Below, one piece after another: positions 11,901 through 23,712 of a DNA stretch of 64,000 nt; the first letter of the stretch is position 1; each line of letters begins with the position of its first letter. Position numbers and translations under genes: made by a program. The stretch comes from a virus: IMG/VR virus record IMGVR_UViG_3300004369_000003, positions 38,540 through 102,539 of that record; one strand, given 5' to 3'. The notes under the pieces were generated by a model. That model ran no database searches. It saw only the letters and a program-made list of their open reading frames with translations, and was not told where the DNA came from.

Positions 11901-14553
11901 GACGGATGCTGTTGCAAATACAAACGCAGTTGACCTTGCTACTCAGGGTTCTGGTTCCGCTATGTTCCTTAACCATGTAACTCCAACAGCCCCAATCGTT
12001 CGTCGAATTGCCGCTATTGGTTCAGATGAACAGGTAACAGTCACTCGTCCATACACAACGGCTTACGACGGAGTTTCTTACTCCTACCCAACCTTTGTGT
12101 ATGTCCGACCTCAGGGCTACTCGTTGCACCGTCCGTTTGACGGCGGTGTTGAAATGTCTACTGGTGCACAGACTTGGTATGGCTCAATTGTTAGGCAGAC
12201 TCGTAAGTACTTCCGTTACCAGTCAGGTAAGGGTATTCAGACTTCTGCCGCTGTTAACTTCAAGCCAAGCATTGACATTGAGACAATGTACCGAGTGGGA
12301 ACTTCAAATGTTATCCAGGTTCGCACCCGTCGTCCTCACGGTCTTATCAATGGCCTATTCATCAGAATTGATGATGCTAAGGACCAGTACGGAGTTGATA
12401 GCAATGTCTACAACGGAATTTTCCAAGTAACAGTTGTTGACTCATTTAACTTAACAGTAATTGCTGCTAACCCTATTGTTGAGCCAACTGTCTACGGATA
12501 CCCAAGACTCCACGTTACGGCTTGGCAAAACGGTGCTATCCGCGCAGGTATGTTTGACTTCCAGAACGGAATGTTCTTTGAGTTTGATGGTCAAAAACTT
12601 TACGCAGTGCGTCGCTCCTCCACACAGCAGATTGCTGGAACGTTCGCTTGTTTGAACGGCTCGGAGCGCGTCTTTGGTACTAACACGGCTTTCACAACTC
12701 AGTTGAATGTCGGAGATTACATCGTTCTTCGCGGTCAGTCTTATCGTGTTGCAGACATTGAGTCCGACTCAAGAATGACAATTAAGCCAGAGTACAAAGG
12801 TTCATCTGGTAACGAGCGTGAGTTTGACCCAACTACTGTTGTCAACACAACTGCAGACACTTTCACCATCTTGAGTCACGGCTACACCCAAGACCTACCA
12901 GTTGTCTACAACTCAATTGATGGCGAGCCAATCGGTGGCCTAGTAAATGGTCGTACTTACTATGTTGATGTTGTTACTAGTAACATCTTCAAACTAAAAG
13001 CTGCACCAGGGTCACAAGTCAATGTAAACCTGTCAACTCAGGGGACTACAACAGTTCACTCCTTTACACCAGCTAAGACTGGCATCATTGGAACATTGAC
13101 TGTTGACACCAGAATTCCTCAAGAAGATTGGAGTCTAGACCCAGCCAATGGGACTGGACCAACTGGTTACAACCTAGACCTGTCCAAGATTCAGATGATT
13201 TACATGGACTACTCCTGGTATGGTGCAGGTAAGATTCGCTTCGGATTCAAGACTGTAGACGGACAAGTTCGCTACACCCATGAGTTCACTCACAACAACC
13301 AGTTGTTTGAGTCATACTTCCGCTCTGGTAACTTGCCAGCTCGCTACGAAGTAGCTACCTATGCAAATCCGACATACATCCCATCTCTATTCCACTGGGG
13401 TACCTCGGTCATCATGGATGGTCGATTTGACGATGACAAGGCGTACTTGTTCACCAAGTCAAGTCAGACTCTAAACATTGGTGGAACCACCGCCAAGACT
13501 TTTGGCTCTAGCGCAATTAGCTCCATCACTGACCAAATAAACATTCCGTCTCATGGTTTTGCTAACGGTGACGCAGTTCAATTTGTTGGCCTTGGCACGA
13601 ATGGTCTACCGCAAAACAACAATCAAAACCCAAGAACTAGGTTCCTATCAAGCAACCCATATGACTATCTCATAAACGAGAACACCTACTACATTCGGGC
13701 ACTAGATTCGAACAACATTGCTCTAACAAACAGTCTGGCAAATGCTACGCAGACTTCTGTTCAGATTACAACTCTCAACAAGAGCAACTACCTGGTAACT
13801 GCCGACACAAACGGTAACCACAACCTTGTTCAAGGCCAGTGGGTGTTTGTCTACGTCAATCCAAGCAACACTAACTATCTTGCATATTCTGGCGTTGTTC
13901 AGGTTCAAAGCATTGTGGATGCAAACACGTTCCGCTACTATCAGTTCAGCCAGTTCAGAAGCACAGGAACCCTGACTAACCAGGCTTACGTTCTTCGCGA
14001 CATGATTGACTTTTTCAATGGAGGAAACTCTCAGTCCAGCTACAGGCTGTCTCCTCAGGGGTCACTAAACAACAGTTCTGGCGCTAACTACCAGCCACTC
14101 ATTTCTATCCGTCTGAGCCCTTCAGTATCTGAAGGTCTTACGGGTGCTCTGGGTGACCGAGACGTTATTAACCGAATGCAGCTACGTCTGCAGGAAATCG
14201 GTGTTCAGACAACTCAGTTGGTTGATGTGAAGGTTCTTCTAAATGCTCGACTCAACAACTTGAACTTCATTGGTGTGGAAAACCCATCACTCGTTCAGGT
14301 AATTGAGCACACCTCTAACGACACTGTTTCTGGTGGTATCCAGGTGTACAACTTCAAGGCATCTGGTAACCAAGGTGAAGAGCAGACCACAACTGTGGAC
14401 GTAGGAGACCTGTTCGAGCTTTCTAACTCCATTCTCGGTGGTGACTCCGTGTTCCCTGACGGACCAGACATCATCACCGTGGCAGTTGCTCGTCTGACTG
14501 GTCAAGAAACATTGGCCTCAGCGAAACTGTCATGGGGCGAGGCTCAGGCGTAA
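5923..14553 (+). CDS. Giant (2876 aa) virion structural/fibre-baseplate protein with many HGFxxG beta modules and an ALK/LTK-like glycine-rich domain
   Basis: Repeated (N/S)HGFxTGxxVxY...TYY(V/I)xxVDxNxxxL modules, a Gly-rich segment (WTVP...GGTFV...VAGGG...GGFGGGG...GGGGS), and C-terminal RQTRKYFRYQSGKG and YSWYGAG motifs. Confidence 0.75.
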   Translation: MAVLDITAVGGAGTHTLQKTNVNLDEDFVYFPGRDASTTLSSEVTDDSAWVFREGTGDLVGATSNTVYFVNSDGFSVGLSTTSGGSNIDLTNFAPGSITLNFPFVYNNNFNISSVKFDDLQAVKYLTDDAAITGLTSGSVYYVKNLLEGLGGNSLYTFTTHDFTTGGSTGRYGPTITQLRDEYVAGGAAWASTYLNQGDFQGYQDWTVPTDGLYEFTVKGASGRQGSSLAGQGAAIRARVRLNKGETITFLIGQRGELPPNNTSWPGSSGGTFVVRKSGNVPLFVAGGGSSSSAATSSRGDTRGNGELTNRGGTSQNGYGGGVDGFGAGGISTGGAGGGFYSNGGNSERGGGGQAFINGGIGGYPAGGSSGAGGFGGGGGADGETWGGPGGAGGYSGGATNNRSGSRWCGGGGSWIISTATDVFTSEGTYNGSTQLVGRNIGTIDWTEPNVDGSVTVTLVESSVFGFNLHTTPADALSDTDPIAVAPSGSSYHALVPLTVDVDTDIIHFKTPHGFFDGKAVNYFFTGTPVSTLNGTSVYYIDALDDYTFRLSTTPDPNFTNINLTAPSAATSEGFRNVIVNLDTNAITIPNHGFLANQPVRYRTGENSPITPLQNNATYYIKEVIDANRFTLSQSLNGPALDLTELGVGEHSFIFIVVNDLEDSIYIPSHGFVTGQTIQYAKSRDFAIKRLYSSGVYKYVDTDVNGGFDANQFVLFDNVQRPARTAAFPTLGITSYRSSGTTRYITTDANHNYSTNMFVKISGLPSDTVANDRRWNGFWRITGIQSGNEFSFTAEESFNQSPTNAPEGAQVERDLDYEFFLGERKLRIRAIQSSSRTRYIYCDRPHYHDNGYLVKIEGIPEPYARYFNGEWFKTADWAGNGGSGEYGFYWNDASESGDTEVDEYYTLPYTDIWEFEATVVGFARIDNIETGINGGGTRLRYRNNYASLTQSEELDVSGFVSKRSMYIQNRRLDKRTRVYLDLDVAHDRQVGDRITVGSMEDRFRYVFNKEFRVNQVIGADTLYCQLDEPDTKEIESIRFFGANDMFINFTEPHGWSDGGDAWFEVRDLPGAPDRLFSGECNIVNRYSTGTRRYITTDNPHRLAAGYRVRVYEFDDGDDNNTSEFVGDWVVAGINNATTFYYDVDTGTNLTLTTENPGVVSGRMRRAYFLDTVYGVGIAWRRRDGNVVTMYLDSNHDMVPGEKVRITRLSGSQPEEFQGFFTITGTPDNRQIQYVTDNSFSIAQQNIDGYVYASHQIRAYDEPFYDFAIAGRELLSHNLGQITTQYEHGFDEGMQVVLSSLTGNNTGVFNGTWTVVESVSPTQFTFTRTSQANVTTFTVTNRSRTSFLCDVTLNTTHNFRAGDSVTISNMSGTNIESFQGTHIITSVPAANRIQFVDPNNDSGTISAASVSGTCVLEAVPFAASTGNIRLNAYTSGTDIGGVVDLVETSNEGFNGFMNVDTSILGLKNRDTYFIQKVDDNTIRLSEDSAFTEIADIQGVGVGNHSIINKSVDYILDTITIPNHGFSLAELVEYDTGGGTALGGLTTATPYYVIPVDGNTLQLATSANNANNGVAIDLLDNVTPTGRHTLKSLIRTPDGTYAISDVPSATTFEVIANGSVPFIEKSFDPQFTVDLDLNVIKVPSHGFLTGTKVTYGDGGGTALGGLTDGTIYYAIAINKDYLKLAVSAEAAASGQPLTITTTGAGSGHTFTSSQINGQITGSGTVSTEVDSVLVNGSGTTFSKILKVGDYFRLFPADAHEKYYFEASDVDSATTDQILVANHNYTTGESVLFNAGSGGRRVGIARIQSSGTTRYIYTSENHGYQNGDTVTVSGLSSDSASDFEGTYVINFVSAQEFRYIGVESFTLGVENQAWGATAFTNGPAGVAPAPLVNDKYYYVRRIDDSTVRNISSRYRTSNVVRITTSASHGLQPGNVVTIENITGVNPEVFNGTHTIIAVPSATTFEFNSVGTNIGSASASGTITTTSSNLVTLHPTKTDAVANTNAVDLATQGSGSAMFLNHVTPTAPIVRRIAAIGSDEQVTVTRPYTTAYDGVSYSYPTFVYVRPQGYSLHRPFDGGVEMSTGAQTWYGSIVRQTRKYFRYQSGKGIQTSAAVNFKPSIDIETMYRVGTSNVIQVRTRRPHGLINGLFIRIDDAKDQYGVDSNVYNGIFQVTVVDSFNLTVIAANPIVEPTVYGYPRLHVTAWQNGAIRAGMFDFQNGMFFEFDGQKLYAVRRSSTQQIAGTFACLNGSERVFGTNTAFTTQLNVGDYIVLRGQSYRVADIESDSRMTIKPEYKGSSGNEREFDPTTVVNTTADTFTILSHGYTQDLPVVYNSIDGEPIGGLVNGRTYYVDVVTSNIFKLKAAPGSQVNVNLSTQGTTTVHSFTPAKTGIIGTLTVDTRIPQEDWSLDPANGTGPTGYNLDLSKIQMIYMDYSWYGAGKIRFGFKTVDGQVRYTHEFTHNNQLFESYFRSGNLPARYEVATYANPTYIPSLFHWGTSVIMDGRFDDDKAYLFTKSSQTLNIGGTTAKTFGSSAISSITDQINIPSHGFANGDAVQFVGLGTNGLPQNNNQNPRTRFLSSNPYDYLINENTYYIRALDSNNIALTNSLANATQTSVQITTLNKSNYLVTADTNGNHNLVQGQWVFVYVNPSNTNYLAYSGVVQVQSIVDANTFRYYQFSQFRSTGTLTNQAYVLRDMIDFFNGGNSQSSYRLSPQGSLNNSSGANYQPLISIRLSPSVSEGLTGALGDRDVINRMQLRLQEIGVQTTQLVDVKVLLNARLNNLNFIGVENPSLVQVIEHTSNDTVSGGIQVYNFKASGNQGEEQTTTVDVGDLFELSNSILGGDSVFPDGPDIITVAVARLTGQETLASAKLSWGEAQA

Positions 14554-14565
14554 GGGAGGCCGCAT

Positions 14566-15653
<1,088 letters not shown>

Positions 15654-15654
<1 letters not shown>

Positions 15655-17222
15655 TGTCTGACGAGTTGCGGGAGTACACAGTTACCGCACCAGACATGGA
15701 AACTACAGACTCCATCTGGGACGACTTACTTACTGATGAGCCCACTCCTGACACAATCCCCGACCGAGTTGTAGAGGTCGCTAACGAGCGAACAAACAAC
15801 CCAAGAAATACTTCCTACTTTCTTACAGATGCAGAGGCAGAAGCCCTAAGACAAGACCCACGGGTTGAGGCTGTTGAGAATGTAAACGAAATTCCCATTC
15901 GTAAGCGTGCTTTTCAAGATGGGACTTTTGACAAATTAACGACTCAGACGGGGGAAAAGTTTAACTGGGGACTTCTTCGTCACATCAGCGCTACAAACAA
16001 TTTTGGAACATCTACGACCGACCCTGGTGGAACATACGATTACGTTTTAGACGGAACTGGTGTTGATGTTGTAATTGTTGACAGCGGAATTCAAGCAGAC
16101 CACCCAGAGTTTGAGGACGCAGAGGGCAATAGTCGAGTACAGCAAATTGACTGGTTCACCGAGAGCGGTGTTTCAGGAACTATGCCTTCTGGTTTTTATG
16201 TTGACTATGACGGGCACGGAACTCATGTTGCTGGAATCGTCGCTGGAAAAACTTTTGGCTGGGCTAAAAACGCAAACATTTATTCAATAAAACTTTCTGG
16301 TTTAGAGGGCCCATCTGACCCAGTTCAAGGTATCAGTGTTGCAAATGCCTTTGACTGCATTGTCGGTTGGCATAACAACAAAACAAATGGGAACCCAACT
16401 GTTGTCGTAAACAGCTGGTCATACATCATATATTGGGATGAGGCATCGGACGAGTTGACTTTTAACGAAGTCACTTATTATCCAGTAACGGGAGGCTCTT
16501 ATCAGGGAACGCCTCACAGTGACACCACAAAAGACCCAGCAAAGGGCCTAACTGGTCAACAGGTTGACACGACTCTTTATGTTTTTAACTACAGAGTTTC
16601 CTCCGTTGACGCAGATGTTCAGACGATGATTAACTCTGGAATAGCTATCTGTAATGCTGCTGGTAATGGTGGAATTAAGCAAGACATCTCTGGCGGTCAG
16701 GATTACGACAACTATGTAACCGCAACTGGTCTTTCAAATTATTACTACCATCGAGGTAGTTCTCCGCACTGCAATTCAAGCCCTGGTTTTGAAGTTGGCT
16801 CATTTGGAACAAACTTTATCTCAGGAACTGAAGCAAAGTCTGTATACAGTGATGCTGGCCCAGGAGTAAATATTTACGCTGCAGGTGACAGGATTATGAG
16901 CGCCATGAGCATTACAAATATTGACGCTAGTGCCTATGACTACCACGCAGACGCTGGGTATAAACAACAACTACTAAGTGGCACTTCTATGGCTGCTCCC
17001 CAAATTGCTGGAATGTGCGCTCTCCTTCTCCAGGCCCACAGAGACTGGACCCCCCCTCAAGTCGTGGGCTGGATGCAAGATAAGGCTCGCCCAGTTCTAC
17101 ATTCAACTGGTCAGAGTACGGACTACGCGGTTACCTCAAGTCTGTACGGAGGGCCAAATCGTCTTGCCTGGATGCCCATGAACGGGCAAAAAGTTTATTC
17201 TATCTCTGAAGTGGCTGTTTGA
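15654..17222 (+). CDS. Subtilisin-like S8 serine protease
   Basis: Catalytic triad motifs VVIVDSG, DGHGTHVAG and SGTSMAAPQIAG; oxyanion AAGN; N-terminal prodomain-like segment. Confidence 0.93.
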
Positions 17223-17295
17223 GCGGGGTCTTGGTGAAAATGTTCTGTAGTAAACTAGATAATAGATTTCCTGAGAAAGTGACGGTGACTCGCAA

Positions 17296-18722
17296 ATGGC
17301 TGTAACTCGCGTAGGTTCGGCAAAGCCTCTTGCCAACGTTGATACTGCCCTGCCCGCAGTTACGACCACGGGCGTTGCTTCTGTCATTGCGGCAAACACC
17401 GAATTCAGTACTTCTCTAGCGACTATCTACCTCCAACCAGCAAATACGATTGATGAGGGAAGTCGAGTCTACTTAGCATCAAACCTTTCAATCACTGCTG
17501 GTCAGTCCTTTGAGACTTTCCGTTTTGCCGTGCAGTCTGGAGATGCTGTCCACGTTTTGGCTGACACAGACAATGTAGTTTTTTCAATGTCTTTGGTCTA
17601 CGAAATTATTGGACCAAACAAAGTCTTCTATCAACTAGTTGAGCCACAGTACCCAGAAGTCGGCCACATTTGGGTAAAGAGTTCAACTGGTCAAGTCTTC
17701 TTCTATAACAACGACACCCAATGGGATGAACTTGCTTATATTGGCGACGGTCCAACTGGACCCACTGGGCCTCAGGGACCAGTTGGCGCTCAAGGAGTTA
17801 CTGGACCTCAAGGGTCTGGTGTAAACATCCTTGGAACATACGCAACTCTTGAACTTCTTCAAGCCGATACTCCTGTTGGAAATATTGGTGATGGTTACAT
17901 CATTCAGGGCGACCTCTACATTTGGTCAGACCTAAACCAAGAGTGGTCAAACGTTGGTGCTATTCAAGGCCCGACAGGTGCAACAGGCCCGACAGGTGCG
18001 GTAGGACCTACAGGTGCAGATTCGACTGTTGAAGGTCCAACTGGTCCAACGGGACCTTCTGGAGGTCCAACAGGGCCAACGGGGCCTACAGGTCCCACGG
18101 GTGCAACTGGTGCAACTGGAGCAGATAGTCAGGTCCAAGGACCCATTGGGCCGACTGGTCCTACTGGTCCCACGGGACCAGACGGTCAACTAGGGGCAAC
18201 TGGCCCTGTAGGGGCTACAGGTGCTTCAGGAGTTATAGTTTCTGCTACGGCCCCAGAAGACACAGATGTTGTTTGGGTGGATACAAGTGTTGCTGGTGGG
18301 TATTCGGTATTTCAGCCCCACATTCAGGTTTTCTTTTCCAACGCTCTCGCTGATTCAAGCGGTGTTTGGACCGTAACCCCGAGCGCTAGTGCCATTTTTG
18401 GTGGAACTATTATTAGCTCTGGTCTGCAAGACGAATATGCAGAGTGGAACATCTCCGTAGTCCCTGGAACTTATGAACTTACGCTTTTGCATACAGAGGC
18501 AAACAACCGAGGAATTTATACTGTTTCAATTGATGGAACCACTGTTGGAACAATTGACGGATATTCAGCCTCTGTTGCTGGAACTTTCGACAGAATTAGT
18601 TCAATCGCAATCACCGCAGCGGGGTACGTCCCCATCAGGTTCACCATGGCAACAAGAAACGGGAGTAGTGCCAACTACTACGCCAGCATTTCTGGATTCA
18701 CTCTGACAAGGACGGGCGACTA

Positions 18723-18723
<1 letters not shown>
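17296..18723 (+). CDS. Collagen-like fibre protein with C-terminal CBM-like (galactose-binding jelly-roll) domain
   Basis: GPT repeats; C-terminal [18 protein letters not shown]...YTVSIDG pattern resembles CBM6/35. Confidence 0.75.
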
Positions 18724-19838
<1,115 letters not shown>

Positions 19839-19857
19839 CCATAACCTCCTCCCAACT

Positions 19858-19866
19858 GTTATAGTG
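19858..19866 (+). promoter_or_regulatory. Putative extended -10 promoter (TGnTATAGT) for the methyltransferase-halogenase-glycosyltransferase operon
   Basis: TGTTATAGT in the intergenic gap, followed by a GGAGAG RBS. Confidence 0.45.
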
Positions 19867-19895
19867 GTGTTTGCCACTACAGATGGAGAGAAATA

Positions 19896-20471
19896 ATGAC
19901 TCAGGTTCCGAATTGGTTCGCCAATGACGGTCAAAAAAATTTTTCTGAGTTTTTGGTTGAGTACCAAGACAAACCTTTTCGAGCTTTGCAGATAGGCGCG
20001 TACACTGGTGATGCAAGTGTGTGGCTTTATCACAACATCTTAAAAAATCCAGAGTCCGTACTTATAGACGTAGACACTTGGGGTGGCTCCGACGAACCTG
20101 CCCACCACCAACTCAACTGGTCAAGCATTGAGACGCTTTACGACCACAAGACCGCATCAGGTCGCGAACAGAGAAAAATTATTAAGTACAAAGGAACCAG
20201 TGACTCGTTCTTTCGAAACAACCGAGAGATGTACGACTTCATCTACATTGACGGTGACCACACTGCTTACGGCGTCATAAAAGATGCTGTCAGTGCCTAT
20301 GAATGTCTCAAAGTCGGTGGAGTCCTGGCTTTTGACGACTACCAGTGGTCTGCTGGTTTAGGAGCAACTAAAGAGCCAAAACCAGCGATTGATGCTTTTT
20401 ACACTATCTATATGGATAGAATAAAGGTTCTAGTAAACGGATATCAGTTCTGGGTCAGAAAGACGGTGTAG
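19896..20471 (+). CDS. Class I SAM-dependent methyltransferase (Methyltransf_24-like)
   Basis: LQIGAYTGDAS (motif I), VDTW, YDFIYIDGDH, LKVGGVLAFDDY. Confidence 0.9.
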   Translation: MTQVPNWFANDGQKNFSEFLVEYQDKPFRALQIGAYTGDASVWLYHNILKNPESVLIDVDTWGGSDEPAHHQLNWSSIETLYDHKTASGREQRKIIKYKGTSDSFFRNNREMYDFIYIDGDHTAYGVIKDAVSAYECLKVGGVLAFDDYQWSAGLGATKEPKPAIDAFYTIYMDRIKVLVNGYQFWVRKTV

Positions 20472-20475
20472 ACAG

Positions 20476-22053
20476 ATGAGTGACGAAGACAGAGCTAGAT
20501 TTGTAGTTGTTGGTGGTGGGACTGCTGGATGGCTTTCAGCTCTTTACGTTAGATACAAGATGCCATCTGCCAAAGTTATTCTTGTTGAGTCAGACTCCAT
20601 TGGCATTCTAGGCGCTGGCGAGGGGACAACTCCTTCTTTTCTTTCTCTCATTGAAGAACTAAAAATTCCTCTATCTAGACTGGTCAAAGAAACAAGCACG
20701 ACCATTAAAAATGGAATCAAGTTTACTAACTGGACTGGAGATGGAAGCCACTACTACCACGGTTTTTCTGCAAGTTCAGAAGTCGGGTTTAGCGCTTTTG
20801 ACAATCCGCAGTTTCTCAGTGACACGAGTCTTTTGTTCGGTTATGGAATCTCGCAGAATAAACCTTTTGAAGATTTTAGTTTTTCGGAAAAGTTGAGTGA
20901 AAGCAACAAGGTTCCGTTTCATGTTCATCCAGAGTACGAGAATCAACTAATCCCAGACCCTATATTCAAATACATGTACGACGCTAATTATGCCGTTCAT
21001 TTTGATGCAATCGCTCTAGCAGAGTTTCTAAAGACCATTGCAATAGATGAAAGAAACATTGTTCGAGTTGAGGGCAAGGTCGTTTCTTACGAAAAAGACT
21101 CTGCTGGAGATATCAAGTCAATAACTTTAGATAGTGGTGAAGAGATTGAAGCCGACTTTCTTCTAGATTGCACTGGATTTGCAAAAAAATTTATAGGTGA
21201 GTCTTATGAATCAGAGTGGAACAGCCACTCAAAGAGCCTCACTGTCAACTCTGCTTTCCCTTTCTTTCTTCCCTCTGATGACAGTATCCCTGCTTACACA
21301 GAGTCAATAGCAATGAAGTACGGGTGGGTGTGGAAGATTCCTCTTCAGCACAGGTACGGCTGTGGCTACGTTTTTGACTCTAACTATCTAAACGATGAGG
21401 ATGCAAAGCAAGAAATAGTAGAAATGCTCGGGTTTGAGCCGAAGTGGCCTCGGGAAAGTTCTTTCAAGTTTGAGCCTGGTTATTTCAAAACTCCTTGGGT
21501 GAACAACTGCCTAGCGGTAGGGTTGTCTAGCGGTTTTATTGAACCTCTTGAAGCGACATCTATCTGGGCAACCATTATTTCTTTACGAGAAGCATTCAAA
21601 GACATCAACAGAGTTCTCAATAGAAACGACCAATACGTTGAGGATTTCAATAACAAGATGTGTGGGGTTGCAGAAGAGATTTTTGAGTTTGTCTACTTCC
21701 ACTACATGGGCGGAAGAAGCGACACGGAGTTTTGGAAGCACTACCAAGACCAAAACAACATTCCCGAAAGAGTAGAAAAGATGCTCAAGGTCTGGGAGTA
21801 CAGAACTCCTAGATATTCAGACTTCTCAAAGTTGTTCCTTCTTGAGAGCTGGCTTTCCGTCGGTTACGGACTCGGAAAAACAAACGAAGCCCTCTATAAA
21901 GAAGTATTTGAGGTCAACAAAGTCCCTGAGTTTGTCAACGAAGACTACGGTCATCTTAAGAATCAACAAGAACTAGTAATTGATAAGTCAATGGACCATA
22001 AAGAGTTCCTTGAAGACTTGAAGTCATCTAACCTAGGGCTTCAGCCACTGTAA
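20476..22053 (+). CDS. Flavin-dependent tryptophan halogenase-like protein (PrnA family)
   Basis: VVGGGTAGW FAD motif, GAGEGT, catalytic-Lys context TIKNGIKF, DCTGF, halogenase signature WVWKIP, GFIEPLEATS. Confidence 0.92.
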   Translation: MSDEDRARFVVVGGGTAGWLSALYVRYKMPSAKVILVESDSIGILGAGEGTTPSFLSLIEELKIPLSRLVKETSTTIKNGIKFTNWTGDGSHYYHGFSASSEVGFSAFDNPQFLSDTSLLFGYGISQNKPFEDFSFSEKLSESNKVPFHVHPEYENQLIPDPIFKYMYDANYAVHFDAIALAEFLKTIAIDERNIVRVEGKVVSYEKDSAGDIKSITLDSGEEIEADFLLDCTGFAKKFIGESYESEWNSHSKSLTVNSAFPFFLPSDDSIPAYTESIAMKYGWVWKIPLQHRYGCGYVFDSNYLNDEDAKQEIVEMLGFEPKWPRESSFKFEPGYFKTPWVNNCLAVGLSSGFIEPLEATSIWATIISLREAFKDINRVLNRNDQYVEDFNNKMCGVAEEIFEFVYFHYMGGRSDTEFWKHYQDQNNIPERVEKMLKVWEYRTPRYSDFSKLFLLESWLSVGYGLGKTNEALYKEVFEVNKVPEFVNEDYGHLKNQQELVIDKSMDHKEFLEDLKSSNLGLQPL

Positions 22054-22065
22054 GGGAGAAGAACT

Positions 22066-23136
22066 GTGAAAGTAGCTGTTTACACGATTGCTCTTAACGA
22101 ACTTCAGTTTGTTGAGAAGTGGTTTGAGTCAGCAAAAGATGCTGATTACTTGCTCATTGCTGATACTGGGTCTACAGATGGAACGGTGGAGAAGGCTCGT
22201 GAGTTGGGCATCAATGTTGTCGATGTGCGTGTTAGCCCTTGGCGATTTGACGACGCACGCAATGCGGCGCTCGCGGCACTTCCTCTTGACATCGACATGT
22301 GCGTGTCCCTTGACATGGATGAAGTCATCACTCCAGGGTGGAGACAAGTTCTAGAAGAAGCTTGGGACAAGGGAATCAACCGACCTCGGTACAAGCACAT
22401 CTGGTCGTGGAACGAAGATGGTACGCCTGGTCTTGAGTTCTCCTACGACCACATCCACGCTCGCAAGGGGTTTCGTTGGCGTCACCCAGTACACGAGTGC
22501 ATCTACTCCTACGGCATTGAAGAGGTTCAGGGTTGGATTGACGGCCTAGAAACGCACCACCACCCCGACAATACCAAGAGCAGGTCTCAGTACCTGCCAC
22601 TTCTCGCGCTTTCCGTGAAAGAAGACCCCTACAACGACCGCAATGCCTTTTACTACGGTCGTGAGTTGTACTTCTACGGTCGCTACATGGAGGCTGCAGC
22701 TGAACTTAAGCGCCACCTAGAGCTTCCTACGGCTCAGTGGGCCCCAGAGCGAGCAGCATCAATGCGATTCATCGCCAAGTCACTTCCAGACGAGGCTGAA
22801 GTGTGGCTTAGAAGAGCAATTGAGCAAGCACCAGGTCGTCGTGAGCCATTTGTTGACCTGGCTAAGGTCTACTACGGTCGTCAGCAGTGGAGGCAGTGTT
22901 TAGAAGCCGCTGAGAGCGCCTTAGAGATTAAAGAGAAGCCTCTTGAGTATCTTTGTGAGGCAGAATCGTGGGGAGCAGCACCTTGGGACTATGCAGCAAT
23001 TGCCGCTTACAACTTAGGTGAGTACGAAAAAGCCGCTGAGTACGCCAGAAATGCCGTAGAGATTGAGCCCGACAACGAAAGACTTCGTTCAAACGTTCAA
23101 TACTGCGAACTAGCAGCCGCTAAGTCTGCTTCTTAG
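22066..23136 (+). CDS. Glycosyltransferase family 2 with C-terminal TPR repeats
   Basis: IALNE...DTGSTDGT, FDDARNAAL, DxD motif (LDMDE), WRHPVHE, followed by TPR helices. Confidence 0.92.
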   Translation: MKVAVYTIALNELQFVEKWFESAKDADYLLIADTGSTDGTVEKARELGINVVDVRVSPWRFDDARNAALAALPLDIDMCVSLDMDEVITPGWRQVLEEAWDKGINRPRYKHIWSWNEDGTPGLEFSYDHIHARKGFRWRHPVHECIYSYGIEEVQGWIDGLETHHHPDNTKSRSQYLPLLALSVKEDPYNDRNAFYYGRELYFYGRYMEAAAELKRHLELPTAQWAPERAASMRFIAKSLPDEAEVWLRRAIEQAPGRREPFVDLAKVYYGRQQWRQCLEAAESALEIKEKPLEYLCEAESWGAAPWDYAAIAAYNLGEYEKAAEYARNAVEIEPDNERLRSNVQYCELAAAKSAS

Positions 23137-23668
23137 TCTTAGCTTTTGCGCGAGCCTTCTCTCGTTCACGAATCCTGGCTCGGCGTTCACGTTCCTTCTG
23201 CTTCTTTTCTTCTTTTTGCTGACGCTCAATTTGATAAGCAAGGACCGCATTCGCGCTTGTTCGACTACGCCATGCAAATCCGCAAACTGTACATGTAACA
23301 ATTTTTGCTGTAGTCCACCGACCACCACCAGACATTTCTTGACTACTTGTTTCTAGTTTTGATGGTCGTGCACTGCAGTAAGGACAGTGTGGGAACCTAC
23401 GTCTGCGTGTTTCTTCTCCTTTGTAGGAGACAGATAGAGCGCGTCGTATCTCTACTTCGTCCTTTCCCCCCCAGATTCCCCAAATTTGGCGATGCTCCAG
23501 CGCCCATTGAATACATTGTTTTCTGACGGGGCAGCCATAACAGAGGTTTTTAGCCTCATATCGTTCTTTGGGGTCCTTTGAGAAGAACCAGTCTCTGTTG
23601 TCTCTATGCTCTGGCTTGGAGCATGAAGCATCCACTTGCCATGTCAAGTTGTCTGCTGGTTCCCACAC
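23120..23668 (-). CDS. whiB: WhiB-family Fe-S transcription factor with C-terminal Zn-ribbon extension
   Basis: C...CYGCPVRKQC...WGIWGG WhiB signature, plus CPYC/CTVC and a basic tail. Confidence 0.9.
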   Translation of the reverse strand: MWEPADNLTWQVDASCSKPEHRDNRDWFFSKDPKERYEAKNLCYGCPVRKQCIQWALEHRQIWGIWGGKDEVEIRRALSVSYKGEETRRRRFPHCPYCSARPSKLETSSQEMSGGGRWTTAKIVTCTVCGFAWRSRTSANAVLAYQIERQQKEEKKQKERERRARIREREKARAKAKTKKQT

Positions 23669-23712
23669 GCAACCATACTACCTTATCGACTATAAAGTAT
23701 GCGACTATTTTA

